Shown piece by piece: positions 24,784 through 34,894 of a stretch of 64,000 nucleotides of DNA. Source of the DNA: an uncultured Gemmatimonadales bacterium (GTDB lineage Bacteria > Gemmatimonadota > Gemmatimonadetes > Longimicrobiales > RSA9); NCBI GenBank assembly GCA_963798845.1, contig CAWCUS010000002.1, forward strand, positions 192,001 through 256,000. The letters run 5' to 3'. Each line of letters starts with the position of its first letter. Position 1 is the first letter of the stretch. The notes below the pieces were generated by a model. That model did no database searches, was not told the origin of the DNA, and saw nothing but the letters and a program-made list of their open reading frames with translations. The translations under genes and the position numbers were made by a program.

Positions 24784-26141
24784 TGAGTCCTGAAACCCTG
24801 TCGCCAGCGGAAACGCTTCGCTACGCCAGACACCTCGTCCTCGACGACGTGGGGGAGGAAGGGCAGGCGCGGCTGAAGGCAGCGCGCGTCCTCATCGTCG
24901 GCGCCGGGGGTCTCGGCTCGCCGGCCGCCCTCTATCTCGCCGCGGCCGGCGTCGGCACCCTCGGCCTGGTGGACTTCGACGTGGTGGACGCCAGCAACCT
25001 CCAGCGCCAGGTCCTGTACGGCGAGTCCGACCTCGGGCGGCCGAAGCTGGACGCCGCCGCCGAGCGCCTCCACGACCTGAACCCGCACATCACCATAAGA
25101 AAGCACCCGGTGCGGCTGACGAGCGACAACGCTCTCGACATCATCCGCGACTACGACATCGTGGTCGACGGGACGGACAACTTCCCCACCCGGTATCTGG
25201 TCAACGACGCCTGCGTTCTGCTGGGGAAGCGCAATGTCTACGGCTCCATCCTCAAGTTCGAGGGTCAGGTCTCGGTTTTCGGAGGCGGCGACGCCCCGTG
25301 CTACCGCTGCCTCTTCAGACAGCCGCCGCCGCCCGGGCTCGTGCCCAGCTGTGCGGAGGGCGGCGTCCTCGGCGTGCTCCCTGGCGTCATCGGATCGCTC
25401 CAGGCGCTCGAGACCATCAAGCTCATCACCGGCGCCGGCGAGCCGCTCCTCGGTCGGCTCCTGCTCTTCGACGGCCTCAAGCTGAAGTGGCGCGAGCTCA
25501 AGCTGCGGCGGAGCCCCGAATGTCCCGTGTGCGGCGAGCACCCGACAGTCACCACGCTCATCGACTACGAGGAGTTCTGCGCCGGGGGTGCCGACGCACC
25601 CCCGGCCTCCGTGCCCACGGAGCCGAGTACCGCGCGCGATGGCGGGGCGGCGGAGCAGAGTGCCGCGCACGACGGCGGGGCGGCGGAGCCGAGTACCGCG
25701 CACGATGGTGCGGCCGCGGAGCAGAGTGCCGCGCACGATGGTCCGGCGGCGCACCGGGGTGCCGCGCGTGATGGCGGGGCGGCCGACCACGATGCCCCGC
25801 CCGAGGTCCGGGAGACGCCCTTCGAGATCGGCGCACGCGAGCTCAAGGAGCGTCTGGACCGCGGCGATCCCGTCGATCTCGTGGATGTCCGGGAGCCCTA
25901 CGAGTGGCGGATCACCAATCTGTCGGAGTACGGGGCGCGTCTGATCCCGATCCGCCAGCTCGAGCAGCGCCTCGGCGAGCTCGACCCGGCGCGGGAAACC
26001 GTCTTCATCTGCCGCGTCGGAGAACGGAGTGGCGACGTCGCCCGCTTCCTCCGCGCCCGCGGCCACCGCCACGCCAGGAACCTGCGCGGCGGGATGCTGG
26101 CGTGGCGAGACGAGGTGGACGCGAGCGTGCCCCGGTACTAG
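24783..26141 (+). CDS. moeB: MoeB/MoeZ E1-like adenylyltransferase with C-terminal rhodanese domain
   Basis: RYARH, GAGGLG, SNLQRQ, CYRC, SCAEGG, CPVC; rhodanese DVREPYE...CRVGERS...GGMLAW. Confidence 0.93.
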   Translation: MSPETLSPAETLRYARHLVLDDVGEEGQARLKAARVLIVGAGGLGSPAALYLAAAGVGTLGLVDFDVVDASNLQRQVLYGESDLGRPKLDAAAERLHDLNPHITIRKHPVRLTSDNALDIIRDYDIVVDGTDNFPTRYLVNDACVLLGKRNVYGSILKFEGQVSVFGGGDAPCYRCLFRQPPPPGLVPSCAEGGVLGVLPGVIGSLQALETIKLITGAGEPLLGRLLLFDGLKLKWRELKLRRSPECPVCGEHPTVTTLIDYEEFCAGGADAPPASVPTEPSTARDGGAAEQSAAHDGGAAEPSTAHDGAAAEQSAAHDGPAAHRGAARDGGAADHDAPPEVRETPFEIGARELKERLDRGDPVDLVDVREPYEWRITNLSEYGARLIPIRQLEQRLGELDPARETVFICRVGERSGDVARFLRARGHRHARNLRGGMLAWRDEVDASVPRY

Positions 26142-26150
26142 GGTCTGCCC

Positions 26151-26365
26151 GGCGGTGGCGGTGGCGGTGGCGGTGGCGGTGGCGGTGGCGGTGGCGGTGG
26201 CGGTGGCCCGCGGCGGCCCGGCGGCCCGGCGGCCCGGCGAGCCAGGGGCCCGGCGGCCCGGGTCATGGCGGCGGCCCGGCCGCCCGGGGGCCCGGGGACC
26301 CGGCGTCATGGCGGCGGCCCGGCCGCCCGGGGGCCCGGCGTCATGGCGGCGGCGGCGGCCCGGCT
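26151..26365. repeat. (GGCGGT)9 microsatellite followed by GGCCCGGC/TCATGGCGGCGG repeats
   Basis: Directly visible. Confidence 0.85.
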
Positions 26366-26381
26366 GGGTCTCCCACAAAAC

Positions 26382-26488
26382 TCTCTCCAGCTGGAGAGAC
26401 TTCCCCGTGAGCAGATTTGACGTATGTCCTTGTGACACAACGACTTAAAGATACTTTGCTTTGCGGGTTTCTCTCCAGCTGGAGAGAA
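26382..26488. other. Symmetric intergenic element: two identical perfect palindromes around a central IHF-like inverted repeat
   Basis: TCTCTCCAGCTGGAGAGA at 26382-26399 and 26470-26487; TATGTCCTTG-N5-CAACGACTTA centred at 26435. Confidence 0.75.
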
Positions 26489-26698
26489 TCTTGGGGGGAG
26501 GGAGGATCAACGGCTCGGCCGAGGCCGCGAGGAGATGCCATGCCGACGGGCCACCGCGGCTAGGCTGCCGGCGGAATGGCCGGGAAGCTGGCGTGTGGCC
26601 TCGAACCTGCGACATATGTTTCCGCTGGTCCCGGCGTGCGCCGCAACCTATTGTCCCGGGCGCAAACCGTGATCTCGGACCCGAACCCGTTGAAGCGA

Positions 26699-28219
26699 AT
26701 GCCGCGGTCTGAAGAAAACAGGACGTCGACGGCCGGATGGTCGCGGCGGCTGGACGTGCGGCTGGCCGGGGGCGCCCTGCTGCTGGCGGCGGCGGCGGGC
26801 CTCGGATTCGGTGTGGGTCGCGATCGCTCCGGCTCGTCCGCCCGCTCCCCTTCGTCCGCCCACGCGCCCGGCGCCGGGGCGACCAACGTAAGCGTTGCGG
26901 GCGCGGCCGAAGGGGCTGCGGCCGAAGGGGCTGGAACGCCTCGCACGAGTTCGGCGGACGCGGCCGGTAGGTCGGGCACGGTTCGGGCGAGCGAGACCGA
27001 CGCGGGCGAGACGGCCGCCACGGCCGGGGTGACGGGGAAGGGCATCGTCCCCGCGCCGGCGCCCCCGCGTGCGCTGCCGACGGACCCGAGCCCGCTGGTG
27101 GCGAGTCCGGTGGCGGAGCGGGTGCCGAAGCCGGATGCGGTGAGGGGGATCTACGTGGGGTCGTGGAGCGCAGGGAGCGCTCGTCGCCTGAGAGAGTTGG
27201 TGGCGCTGGCGGACGACACGGAAATCAACGCGTTCGTGATCGACGTGAAGGACGCGACGGGGGAGGTGAGCTACGCGTCGCAGGTGCCGCTGGCGAGGGA
27301 GATCGGTGCGACGGCGCGGGTGCGGATCGGGGACATCCGGAGGGTTCTGGGGCTGCTGCGGTCGCACGGGATCTACCCGATCGCGCGGATCGTCGCGTTC
27401 AAGGACCCGCTGCTGGCGGCGGCGCGGCCGGAGTGGGCGATCGCGAATGAGGACGGGTCGGTGTGGCAGGACCAGCACGGCGTGCGCTGGGTGGACGCGT
27501 TCGACCGCCACGTGTGGGACTACGACATTGAGCTGGCGCGCGAGGCGGTGGCGCTCGGGTTCAGCGAGGTGCAGTGGGACTACGTGCGCTTCCCGGACGT
27601 CCCGAGCTCGTACATGGACACGGTCCCGGCGGTCTACCCCGCGCGGTCCGGGCGTGAGAAGGCGGAAGGGATCCGGGCGTTCCTGTCGTACTCCCGCGAC
27701 CGGCTGGCGGAGTACGACGTTCCGGTCACGGCCGACGTGTTCGGCATCACCACGTCCGCGCACCGGGACTACGGCATCGGGCAGCTGTGGGAGAAGATGT
27801 CGGACGTGACTGACGTGCTCCTGCCCATGGTCTACCCGTCGCACTACCCGCACGGGACTTGGGACTACGACAACCCGAACGCCGCGCCGTACCAGATCGT
27901 GCGCCACGCCGTCGGCGATGGCGTCGAGCGCTCGAAGGAAATCGAGGGCGCGGCAGCCATCCGGCCGTGGCTGCAGGCGTTCAGCATGGGCCAGCCGGAC
28001 TACGGACCCAGGCAGATCCGCGCCCAGATCGACGCGGTGTACGACGCCGGCGTGCGGGAGTGGATCCTGTGGCACGCAGCGGTCCGGTACCCGATCGAAG
28101 CCCTGGCCGACTCGGAGGGGAACGAGCCGTGGTTCGCGGGGCTGGGCGAGCAGCTGTATCCGCCGTCGGACACGGTGGCGCCGGTCCGGGACTCGGTGGT
28201 GAGGACGCCGGTGCGCTGA
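26699..28219 (+). CDS. Putative glycoside hydrolase (DUF4015-like TIM barrel) with N-terminal TM and linker; start uncertain
   Basis: VRGIY, NAFVIDVKD, ARIVAFKD, EVQWDYVRFPD, PMVYPSHY, RPWLQAF. Confidence 0.82.
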   Translation: MPRSEENRTSTAGWSRRLDVRLAGGALLLAAAAGLGFGVGRDRSGSSARSPSSAHAPGAGATNVSVAGAAEGAAAEGAGTPRTSSADAAGRSGTVRASETDAGETAATAGVTGKGIVPAPAPPRALPTDPSPLVASPVAERVPKPDAVRGIYVGSWSAGSARRLRELVALADDTEINAFVIDVKDATGEVSYASQVPLAREIGATARVRIGDIRRVLGLLRSHGIYPIARIVAFKDPLLAAARPEWAIANEDGSVWQDQHGVRWVDAFDRHVWDYDIELAREAVALGFSEVQWDYVRFPDVPSSYMDTVPAVYPARSGREKAEGIRAFLSYSRDRLAEYDVPVTADVFGITTSAHRDYGIGQLWEKMSDVTDVLLPMVYPSHYPHGTWDYDNPNAAPYQIVRHAVGDGVERSKEIEGAAAIRPWLQAFSMGQPDYGPRQIRAQIDAVYDAGVREWILWHAAVRYPIEALADSEGNEPWFAGLGEQLYPPSDTVAPVRDSVVRTPVR

Positions 28220-28223
28220 CATT

Positions 28224-28452
28224 GGGGTTCGATGCCCCGTCGCGGCTTCGCCGCTCGGGGCACCCGCTTCGCGGGGTTCGAATGCCCGGTCGCGGCTTCG
28301 CCGCTCGGGGCACCCGCTTCGCGGGGTTCGATGCCCGGTCGCGGCTTCGCCGCTCGGGCACCCGCTTCGCGGGATTCGAATGCCCGGTCGCGGCTTCGCC
28401 GCTCGGGGCACCCGCTTCGCGGGATTCGAATGCCCGGTCGCGGCTTCGCCGC
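28224..28452. repeat. About 50-bp tandem repeat (4.6 copies) with internal hairpin, REP-like
   Basis: Units at 28224, 28273, 28323, 28371, 28421; TGCCCG..GCGGCTTCGCCGC..CGGGGCA. Confidence 0.9.
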
Positions 28453-30303
28453 CTATGCCAGCCCGACCAGCCGCACCAGCTTCAACGCGTTCGTCGACGT
28501 GGCCACGCCTTCCCGCAGGACGTAGTCGAACGTCATGGGCGGCTCGTGCCCTTCGGGATGCACGGTCTCGCGGAAGTGTACGGCGACGACCGCGGAAGCC
28601 AGCGGCTCCGAGGCGGCGAGATCCAGGTCGTGCGTCGAGATCGCGCCGATGGCCCCGCTCTCGATCAGGTGGGCGATCACCCGCCGGACGGCGACCTGGC
28701 GCTCCGCGCTGTTCGTGCCGTGCAGGATCTCATCGAGCAGGTAGAGGACGGCGCGCTCGCGGGCCGTGTCGGCGGCGTCCACCACCCTCTTGAGCTGCCG
28801 GAGCTCCGCCATGAAGAGGGACACGCCCTCCTCGAGCGAGTCCTCCACGCGCATGCTCGTCCGGACGTCGAGCGGGGGGGTGCGCAGCGACCGCGCGCAA
28901 ACCGGCCCTCCGGCCAGCGCAAGAACGGCGTTGACGCCGACGGCCCGGAGCAGCGTGCTCTTCCCGGACATGTTCGAGCCGGTGACCATCAGAAAGGTCC
29001 CGGGCGGGCCCACGACCACATCGTTGGGAACGCGCTGGTCGGCGGGGAGCATCGGATGCGCCAGCGCCTCGGCTGTGAGCTCGGTGCCTTCGGCCGCCAG
29101 CTGGGGGAACGACCATCCCGGCTCTTCGGCCACCGGCGTCGCGAGCGCGGCGCACGCGTCCACTTCCGCGATCCGATCCGCCCAGTCCCGCACGTGCCGT
29201 CCGGCCCGCCGCTGCCAGTGCTCGAGCGCCGCGAGCACGTGGAAGTCCCAAAGCGTCGGGACGTGGATCAGGACGTAGAACATGCCGCCGTGGCGCAGGT
29301 CGGCGAGCTCGGTGAGCCAGCCGAGGCGGCTCAGCTCGCGCCGGGCGTCGCACTCCTCGGTGAGCGCGACGCGCGCTGCCCGGAGCGTCTCGCTGGTGAA
29401 CTCCTGCGCCTGGATGCGCTCGACGACGCCCGCATAGTTGCGGAGGCTGGCGTCGCCTAGAGACGCCCTGTCGAGAAGGTCGTGGACCCGCCGCCCGAGG
29501 AGGAGAGCCAGGATCACGCCCGCGATCAGCGTCAGGATCCACCACGGCGCCTGCATCACTCCCTGCCCCTGGAGCACGGCCAGGATGACGGTCGCCGCCG
29601 GTATCAGCCTCGCCGCCCACAGGACCATCGGGCGGCGGAGCAGCCACGGCTCGCCTTCGGCCCAGCCCAGAAAGCGTTCGATGGCTCGCCGGTTGGGGCT
29701 CCCCGCGAGGCGCCCGGCCACCTGCAGGTCCTGGCGGAAGTCCAGCCGCTCCACCAGCTCACGGACCGCTCCCTGGCGACGCCGGGCGTCGGCCGTGCTC
29801 GAGGGCTCCAGCAGCCACCCGTGGAGCCGGTCCCGCCCGATCCCCGTTCCGGCGGTGCCGAACAGTCGGGCCAGCGATGCGTGGCCGAACACGTCGAGGT
29901 CGTGGGCGTACGGGTGGCCGGGCTCCCCTGCCGAGTGGACGTCGGGCAGCTCCGACCATGCGCGGCGAAGGCGGGCGAGGGCCTCGCGATTCACGGCCGC
30001 CATCTCGGCGGCGCGCCGGGCGCGCTGCGTCAGCCTCGAGTGCACCACGACCAGGACCACGAACGCGATCACGGCCGCCGCGAAGAGACCGAACGCGACC
30101 GGCCCCACCACAGGCCGGAGCTCCGCCCAGACCAGGGCGGCGATCCCGACCAGGAAGACCAGGAGCCTCAGGTTCGAGACGTGCCCTGCCCGGCCGGCGA
30201 GCCTCCGGTGCCGCTCGGCGGCGAGGTCGCGCCGCTCGGTGTAGAGTCGGGTGGCGGGCGGGGTGTCGGGCCGCTCATCGTCTGGCGTCGGCTGCTGGGT
30301 CAC
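28453..30303 (-). CDS. Membrane-anchored MutS domain V family ATPase
   Basis: TM segments, HPYAHDLDVFG, TGSNMSGKSTLLR, SLFMAEL, LDEILHGTNS, STHD. Confidence 0.9.
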   Translation of the reverse strand: MTQQPTPDDERPDTPPATRLYTERRDLAAERHRRLAGRAGHVSNLRLLVFLVGIAALVWAELRPVVGPVAFGLFAAAVIAFVVLVVVHSRLTQRARRAAEMAAVNREALARLRRAWSELPDVHSAGEPGHPYAHDLDVFGHASLARLFGTAGTGIGRDRLHGWLLEPSSTADARRRQGAVRELVERLDFRQDLQVAGRLAGSPNRRAIERFLGWAEGEPWLLRRPMVLWAARLIPAATVILAVLQGQGVMQAPWWILTLIAGVILALLLGRRVHDLLDRASLGDASLRNYAGVVERIQAQEFTSETLRAARVALTEECDARRELSRLGWLTELADLRHGGMFYVLIHVPTLWDFHVLAALEHWQRRAGRHVRDWADRIAEVDACAALATPVAEEPGWSFPQLAAEGTELTAEALAHPMLPADQRVPNDVVVGPPGTFLMVTGSNMSGKSTLLRAVGVNAVLALAGGPVCARSLRTPPLDVRTSMRVEDSLEEGVSLFMAELRQLKRVVDAADTARERAVLYLLDEILHGTNSAERQVAVRRVIAHLIESGAIGAISTHDLDLAASEPLASAVVAVHFRETVHPEGHEPPMTFDYVLREGVATSTNALKLVRLVGLA

Positions 30304-30329
30304 GGGCCGTTCCGGGTGCCGGCCCCGGA

Positions 30330-32009
30330 TCAGCGGTCCATGCCGACGAGCCGGGGCTTGTGGAAGAGGAAACCCTGGGTCAGGTGCACGCCGATCTGCT
30401 TGATGGTCTCGAACTCGTCACGCCGCTCGACACCCTCGGCCACCACCATGGCGCCGTGATTCTCGGCGAACCCCACCAGCGTCTCCACCAGGTTCTGCTT
30501 GAGGAAGTTGGTGTCAATGTTCGAAATGAGCGAGATGTCGAGCTTGATGTAGTCCGGATCGAGGTTGGCGATGGACCCCAGCCCGGCGTATCCGCTCCCG
30601 GCATCGTCCACGGCAAACCGGAATCCGCGCTCGCGGAACACCTCCAGGTACTGCTTGAATCGGGGGTAGTCGCTGATCGCGGTGCGCTCGGTGATCTCGA
30701 GCACCAGCCGGTCCCGGTCCGGCATCCCCAGGGACTCGGGGGTGATGTCGCGGAACTCGGGGTCGTTGAAGTCGTGGGGGTCGACGTTGAGGAATAGCTG
30801 CTGCCCATCCTTCAGCTCCCCCGCGATCCCCTCGACCGCTCGGCGGCGCAGGAGCCGCGACAGCTCCCAGAGCAGGTTGGCCTGGCTCGCCACATCCAGC
30901 AGCACTTCAGGGGAGCGGAGGCCCGTGCGGCGGCCGCGTGCCAGCGCCTCGTATCCGTAGACCTCCTCCGTGGCCGTGACGATGATCGGGTGGTACTCCA
31001 TGAACACGGCGCCCTCGCGCAGGAGCGCCTTGAGGTCGCTGATCTTCCGGCTCCGCTCCCACTCCTTCGCGCCACGCGCCGCCTGCGATGCCTCCCGGAT
31101 CCCCCGGTAGATGAGCCGCTCGGTCCGGATCTTCGGGTTCCGGAAGACCGTGGTGGCGCCCACGTAGATGCCGCACAGCGACGCGATGTCCTCCGAGTGG
31201 TCTGCTTCGAGCCGGCGGCGAAGGTGGTCTTCCAGCTTCTGCGTCAGCTCCTTCAGCCGTCGCTCCGGCTCGTCGGCGTCCCGCATGCGCGGGTGCTCGG
31301 TGAAGAGGATGAAGTCGTCGTCGCCGATGTGGCTCACCATCATCAGGCTCTCGGAGTCCGGATGGTGCCGGCGGTAGAACTCGCGCACGCCGTCGGCGGT
31401 GGACTCCAGGACATCGTCCAGCTTCTGCCAGCCGTAGATCTCCTCGATCTTCTCGTACCAGACGAACTGGATGTACAGGATGGTGAGCTCGCCGAAGCTG
31501 TCCAGCAGGTCCCTCGCCTTCTCCATCATGACGGGCAGCGTGGGGAAGCCGGTCAGGCGGTCGTGCAGCAGCTCCTCGTAGCGCAGGAGCTCGGCCGCCT
31601 GCTCGCGGTCGTGCGAGAGGAGCTGCTGGATCGCCCGCTGCCGGGCCGTCCCCAGCCGCGCCGCAATCTCGTCCTCGTCCGCGGGGACCCGGAACCAGTC
31701 GTCCGCCTCCACCAGCGAAGCGGCCGTGCACTCCTCCTGCGACCGGCACGCGACCACGAGCGCCGCCCCGAGCGCGCGCGCCCGCTCGGCCAGCGGCTCG
31801 AGCCGGTGGTCCGGCGGCATCTCCGCCAGCAGCACGTCCGCGTTTCCGGCGCCGTTGCCACTCGGCCGGACGCCGAGGGTGCCATCGCCGGCGACGCTGC
31901 CATCGCCGGCGACGCTGCCCTCGTACAGGACGTTTGCCTTGAGCCGCTCTCCGACGCGCTCCACCATCCGGCGCAGATGGGGATCGCTCACACGGGCGAG
32001 GATCTTCAC
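30330..32009 (-). CDS. EAL phosphodiesterase with degenerate GGDEF and receiver-like N-terminus
   Basis: HDRLTG, IGDDDF (degenerate), YEALARG, LEITE, VDDAGSGY, IKLD, AEGVE, QG. Confidence 0.88.
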   Translation of the reverse strand: MKILARVSDPHLRRMVERVGERLKANVLYEGSVAGDGSVAGDGTLGVRPSGNGAGNADVLLAEMPPDHRLEPLAERARALGAALVVACRSQEECTAASLVEADDWFRVPADEDEIAARLGTARQRAIQQLLSHDREQAAELLRYEELLHDRLTGFPTLPVMMEKARDLLDSFGELTILYIQFVWYEKIEEIYGWQKLDDVLESTADGVREFYRRHHPDSESLMMVSHIGDDDFILFTEHPRMRDADEPERRLKELTQKLEDHLRRRLEADHSEDIASLCGIYVGATTVFRNPKIRTERLIYRGIREASQAARGAKEWERSRKISDLKALLREGAVFMEYHPIIVTATEEVYGYEALARGRRTGLRSPEVLLDVASQANLLWELSRLLRRRAVEGIAGELKDGQQLFLNVDPHDFNDPEFRDITPESLGMPDRDRLVLEITERTAISDYPRFKQYLEVFRERGFRFAVDDAGSGYAGLGSIANLDPDYIKLDISLISNIDTNFLKQNLVETLVGFAENHGAMVVAEGVERRDEFETIKQIGVHLTQGFLFHKPRLVGMDR

Positions 32010-32392
32010 GTGGAGCTCGTCCCGGCCTCCAGGTTCTTCTCCACGCGCGACGCGAGCTCGTCGAGACGAATCGGCTTGACGATGTAGTCATCGGCGCCGG
32101 CCCGGAGTCCTTCCTGCTTGTCGCTGAACCCGCTGCGCGCGGTCAGCATGACGACGCGGGTGTTCCCGAAGTCCGGGTGGTTCTTGATCACGCGGGCCAC
32201 CTCCCAGCCGTCCATTCCCGGCATCATGACGTCCAGCAGCACCAGCGCCGGATGCACCTCCTCCAGCCTCGCCAGACCTTCCTTGCCGTTGTTCGCCGTG
32301 GTGACCACGTACCCTTTCGACTCCAGGAACGTGCGGACAATGTCCAGGGAGTCGGGATCATCATCCACGATCAGTATTGTGGTCTCGGCCAT
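32006..32392 (-). CDS. Single-domain response regulator
   Basis: ILIVDDD, LLDVMMPGMDG, LTA, YIVKP. Confidence 0.92.
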   Translation of the reverse strand: MAETTILIVDDDPDSLDIVRTFLESKGYVVTTANNGKEGLARLEEVHPALVLLDVMMPGMDGWEVARVIKNHPDFGNTRVVMLTARSGFSDKQEGLRAGADDYIVKPIRLDELASRVEKNLEAGTSST

Positions 32393-32472
32393 CAGGCCCG
32401 GGTCCGTTCGCATGGTGCGCCTCGCGCGTGAGCAACCGAAGAGCCGGGCGTTGCAAGGTCCGGGCCCCCTCG

Positions 32473-34294
32473 CTACCCCGCCGCGGACCCGACGGTGGCG
32501 AACTGGAGCTCGTGCAGCCGGGCGTAGAGGCCGCCTCGGGCAAGGAGCTCGGCGTGGGTCCCGGTCTCGCGCAGCTCGCCGTGATGGAAGACCAGGATCC
32601 GGTCGGCGTTCTGGACCGTGGAGAGGCGGTGTGCGATGACCACGGAGGTGCGCCCCTGGAGGAGTGTCTCCAGCGCTTCCTGGATCTGCGCCTCGAGCTC
32701 GGAGTCCACGGAGCTGGTGGCTTCGTCCAGGATGAGGACGAGAGGGTCGAATGCCAGGGCGCGGGCGAACGAGAGCAGCTGGCGCTGGCCGACGCTCAGG
32801 CTGGCGCCGCGTTCGCCCAGCGCCTCGTCGTACCCGGCGGGCAGGCGCTCAATGTGGGGTTCGGCGCCCACCCGGGCGGCAGCCTCCCGGACCCGCTGGT
32901 CGTCGATGTCCTCGCGCCCGAGGCGGATGTTGTACTCCACGCTCTGGCTGAACAGGAACACGTCCTGGAGCACCAGCCCGATGCGCTCGCGCAGCGCCCG
33001 CAGGGAGACTTCCGTGATCGGCACTCCGTCGAACAGGATCTCGCCCTTCTGCGGCTCGTAGAAGCGCATGAGCAGGCTGATCGAGCGTGGTCTTGCCGGC
33101 CCCCGTGTGCCCGACCACGGCCAGCCGCTCGCCCGCGGAGACGTGGAAGGAGACGCCCTTCAGGACCCAGTCCCAGTCGCTCCCGTCCTCGGTGCGGGTG
33201 TAGGCGAACCAGACGTCCCGGAACTCGATCTCGCCGCGCCCGGGCTCCGGCATCGCCACCGGCTCCAGGGGATCGCGCACTTCCGGCTCGGTGTCCAGGA
33301 CGCGGAAGATGCGCTCGGACGAGGCCATGGCGCCCTGGAGCATGTTGTACTTCTCGGACAGGTCCTGGATCGGGCGGAAGAAGCGCCGGGCGTACATCAG
33401 GAACGCGGTCACCACGCCCACGGAAACGGTGCCTCCGACGAGCCGGCTGCCGCCGTACACCAGGATGAGCGCCAGCGCCAGCGTGGTCAGGACCTCGATG
33501 ACCGGGAAGAAGAGGGCGTAGTAGGTGATGCTTCGAAGGTGCGCCTCGAGGTGGTCCTGGTTGATCTCCCCGAAGCGGCGCACCGTATTCCGCTCCTGCC
33601 CGAAGAGCTGCACCACGCTCACGCCCGTGATCCGCTCCTGGAGGTAGGCGTTGATGCGCGCCAGGCGGACCCGGATGTCCCGGTACGCCTCCCGCACCTT
33701 CTTCCGGAACAGGAAGGCGACCAGGAACACCAGCGGCATCACGGCGAACGCCACCAGCGCCAGCTTCCAGTCCATCCACAGCATCACGCCCACGATGAAG
33801 ACGAGCGTGAAGATGTCGCCGAACACGGTGACGATGCCCGAGCTGAAGAGCTCGCTCAGCACCTCCACGTCGTTGACCACGCGGGTCATGAGCCGCCCGA
33901 CGGGGTTGCGGTCGAAGTAGCGGAGGCTCTGGCGCTGCAGGTGGCCGAACAGCTCGCCACGCAGGTCGAACATGATCTGCTGCCCCAGCCACGTGGTGAG
34001 GATCTGCTGCCCGTAGCCGAGCCCGAGCGTCAGGAAGAGGGTGGCGAAATACGCCAGGGCGAGGAGCCCGAGGTAATGCAGGTCGCCTTCGGGAATCGCG
34101 CGGTCCAGCGCCACTTTCGTCAGGTACGGCCCCGCCAGCTCCAGCGCTGCGATGATCAGCAGAATGGCCACACCGCCCACGACCGGCCAGCGGTACGGCT
34201 TCAGGTAGCGGAGCAGCCGCCGCATGAGGCGGGCGTCGTACGCCTTGCCGAACGCTTCTTCCTCGTGCAGCGGCGTGATGTCGGTCGCGGGCAT
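32473..34294 (-). CDS. ABC exporter (TMD+NBD), split by an apparent one-base insertion at about 33082
   Basis: Walker A GHTGAGKTT in one frame; LSVGQRQ, DEAT, AHRLST in the next; deleting one base gives GKTTLISLLMRFYE. Confidence 0.88.
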
Positions 34295-34463
34295 GCGCGG
34301 AAGGTAAGGGCGCACCGCCCCCGCCGGTACCCGGCCGCCCCGGCTTTCAGGGCCCGGTACCCGGCGCCCCGGCTGGCGCGCCCCGGGCGGTGCCCGCTAC
34401 CGTGGGGTGGTGGCGGCGGAAAGCCCCGCCGCCGTCGGTCACGACCCGCCACCCGCCTGCTCC

Positions 34464-34850
34464 ATGCTCCACGACGACGCCACTCCCGTCGGCTTCCTCG
34501 GCGCCCGCGATCTCGAGCGAGCGCGCACCTTCTACGCCGATACCCTCGGACTCCCGCTCATGCACGTGGACGTGTTCGCCCTGGTGTTCGACGCGGGCGG
34601 GACGCCGCTGCGCGTAACACGGGTGGACCGGCTGGAGCCGCACGCGTTCACGGTCTTCGGCTGGGAGGTGGACGACGTGGATGGCGCCGTCGATGCGCTG
34701 GCCGCCGCCGGCGTCGCATTCCAGCGCTTCGCCTCGCTCGAGCAGGACGCCCGCGGGATCTGGACCTCGCCCAATGGGACCCGCGTCGCGTGGTTCCTCG
34801 ACCCGGACGGGAACGTTCTCTCCGTCAGCGACAACACCAGCGACATCTAG
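34464..34850 (+). CDS. VOC/glyoxalase family protein
   Basis: DLERARTFY..LGL, AWFLDPDGNVL. Confidence 0.88.
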   Translation: MLHDDATPVGFLGARDLERARTFYADTLGLPLMHVDVFALVFDAGGTPLRVTRVDRLEPHAFTVFGWEVDDVDGAVDALAAAGVAFQRFASLEQDARGIWTSPNGTRVAWFLDPDGNVLSVSDNTSDI

Positions 34851-34894
34851 GTCCCACGGGCGACCCGCAGGCCCCCGGAGCGCGGTAGACGCGG

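Noticed and set aside
24460..26141. Ubiquitin-like defence conjugation system (CBASS/Bil type)
   Set aside because: No E2, JAB or cyclase genes; MoaD-MoeZ matches ordinary sulfur-transfer biosynthesis.
28224..28452. CRISPR array or tRNA-derived repeats (GGTTCGAA resembles a T-loop)
   Set aside because: No unique spacers and no cloverleaf; it is a simple tandem hairpin repeat.
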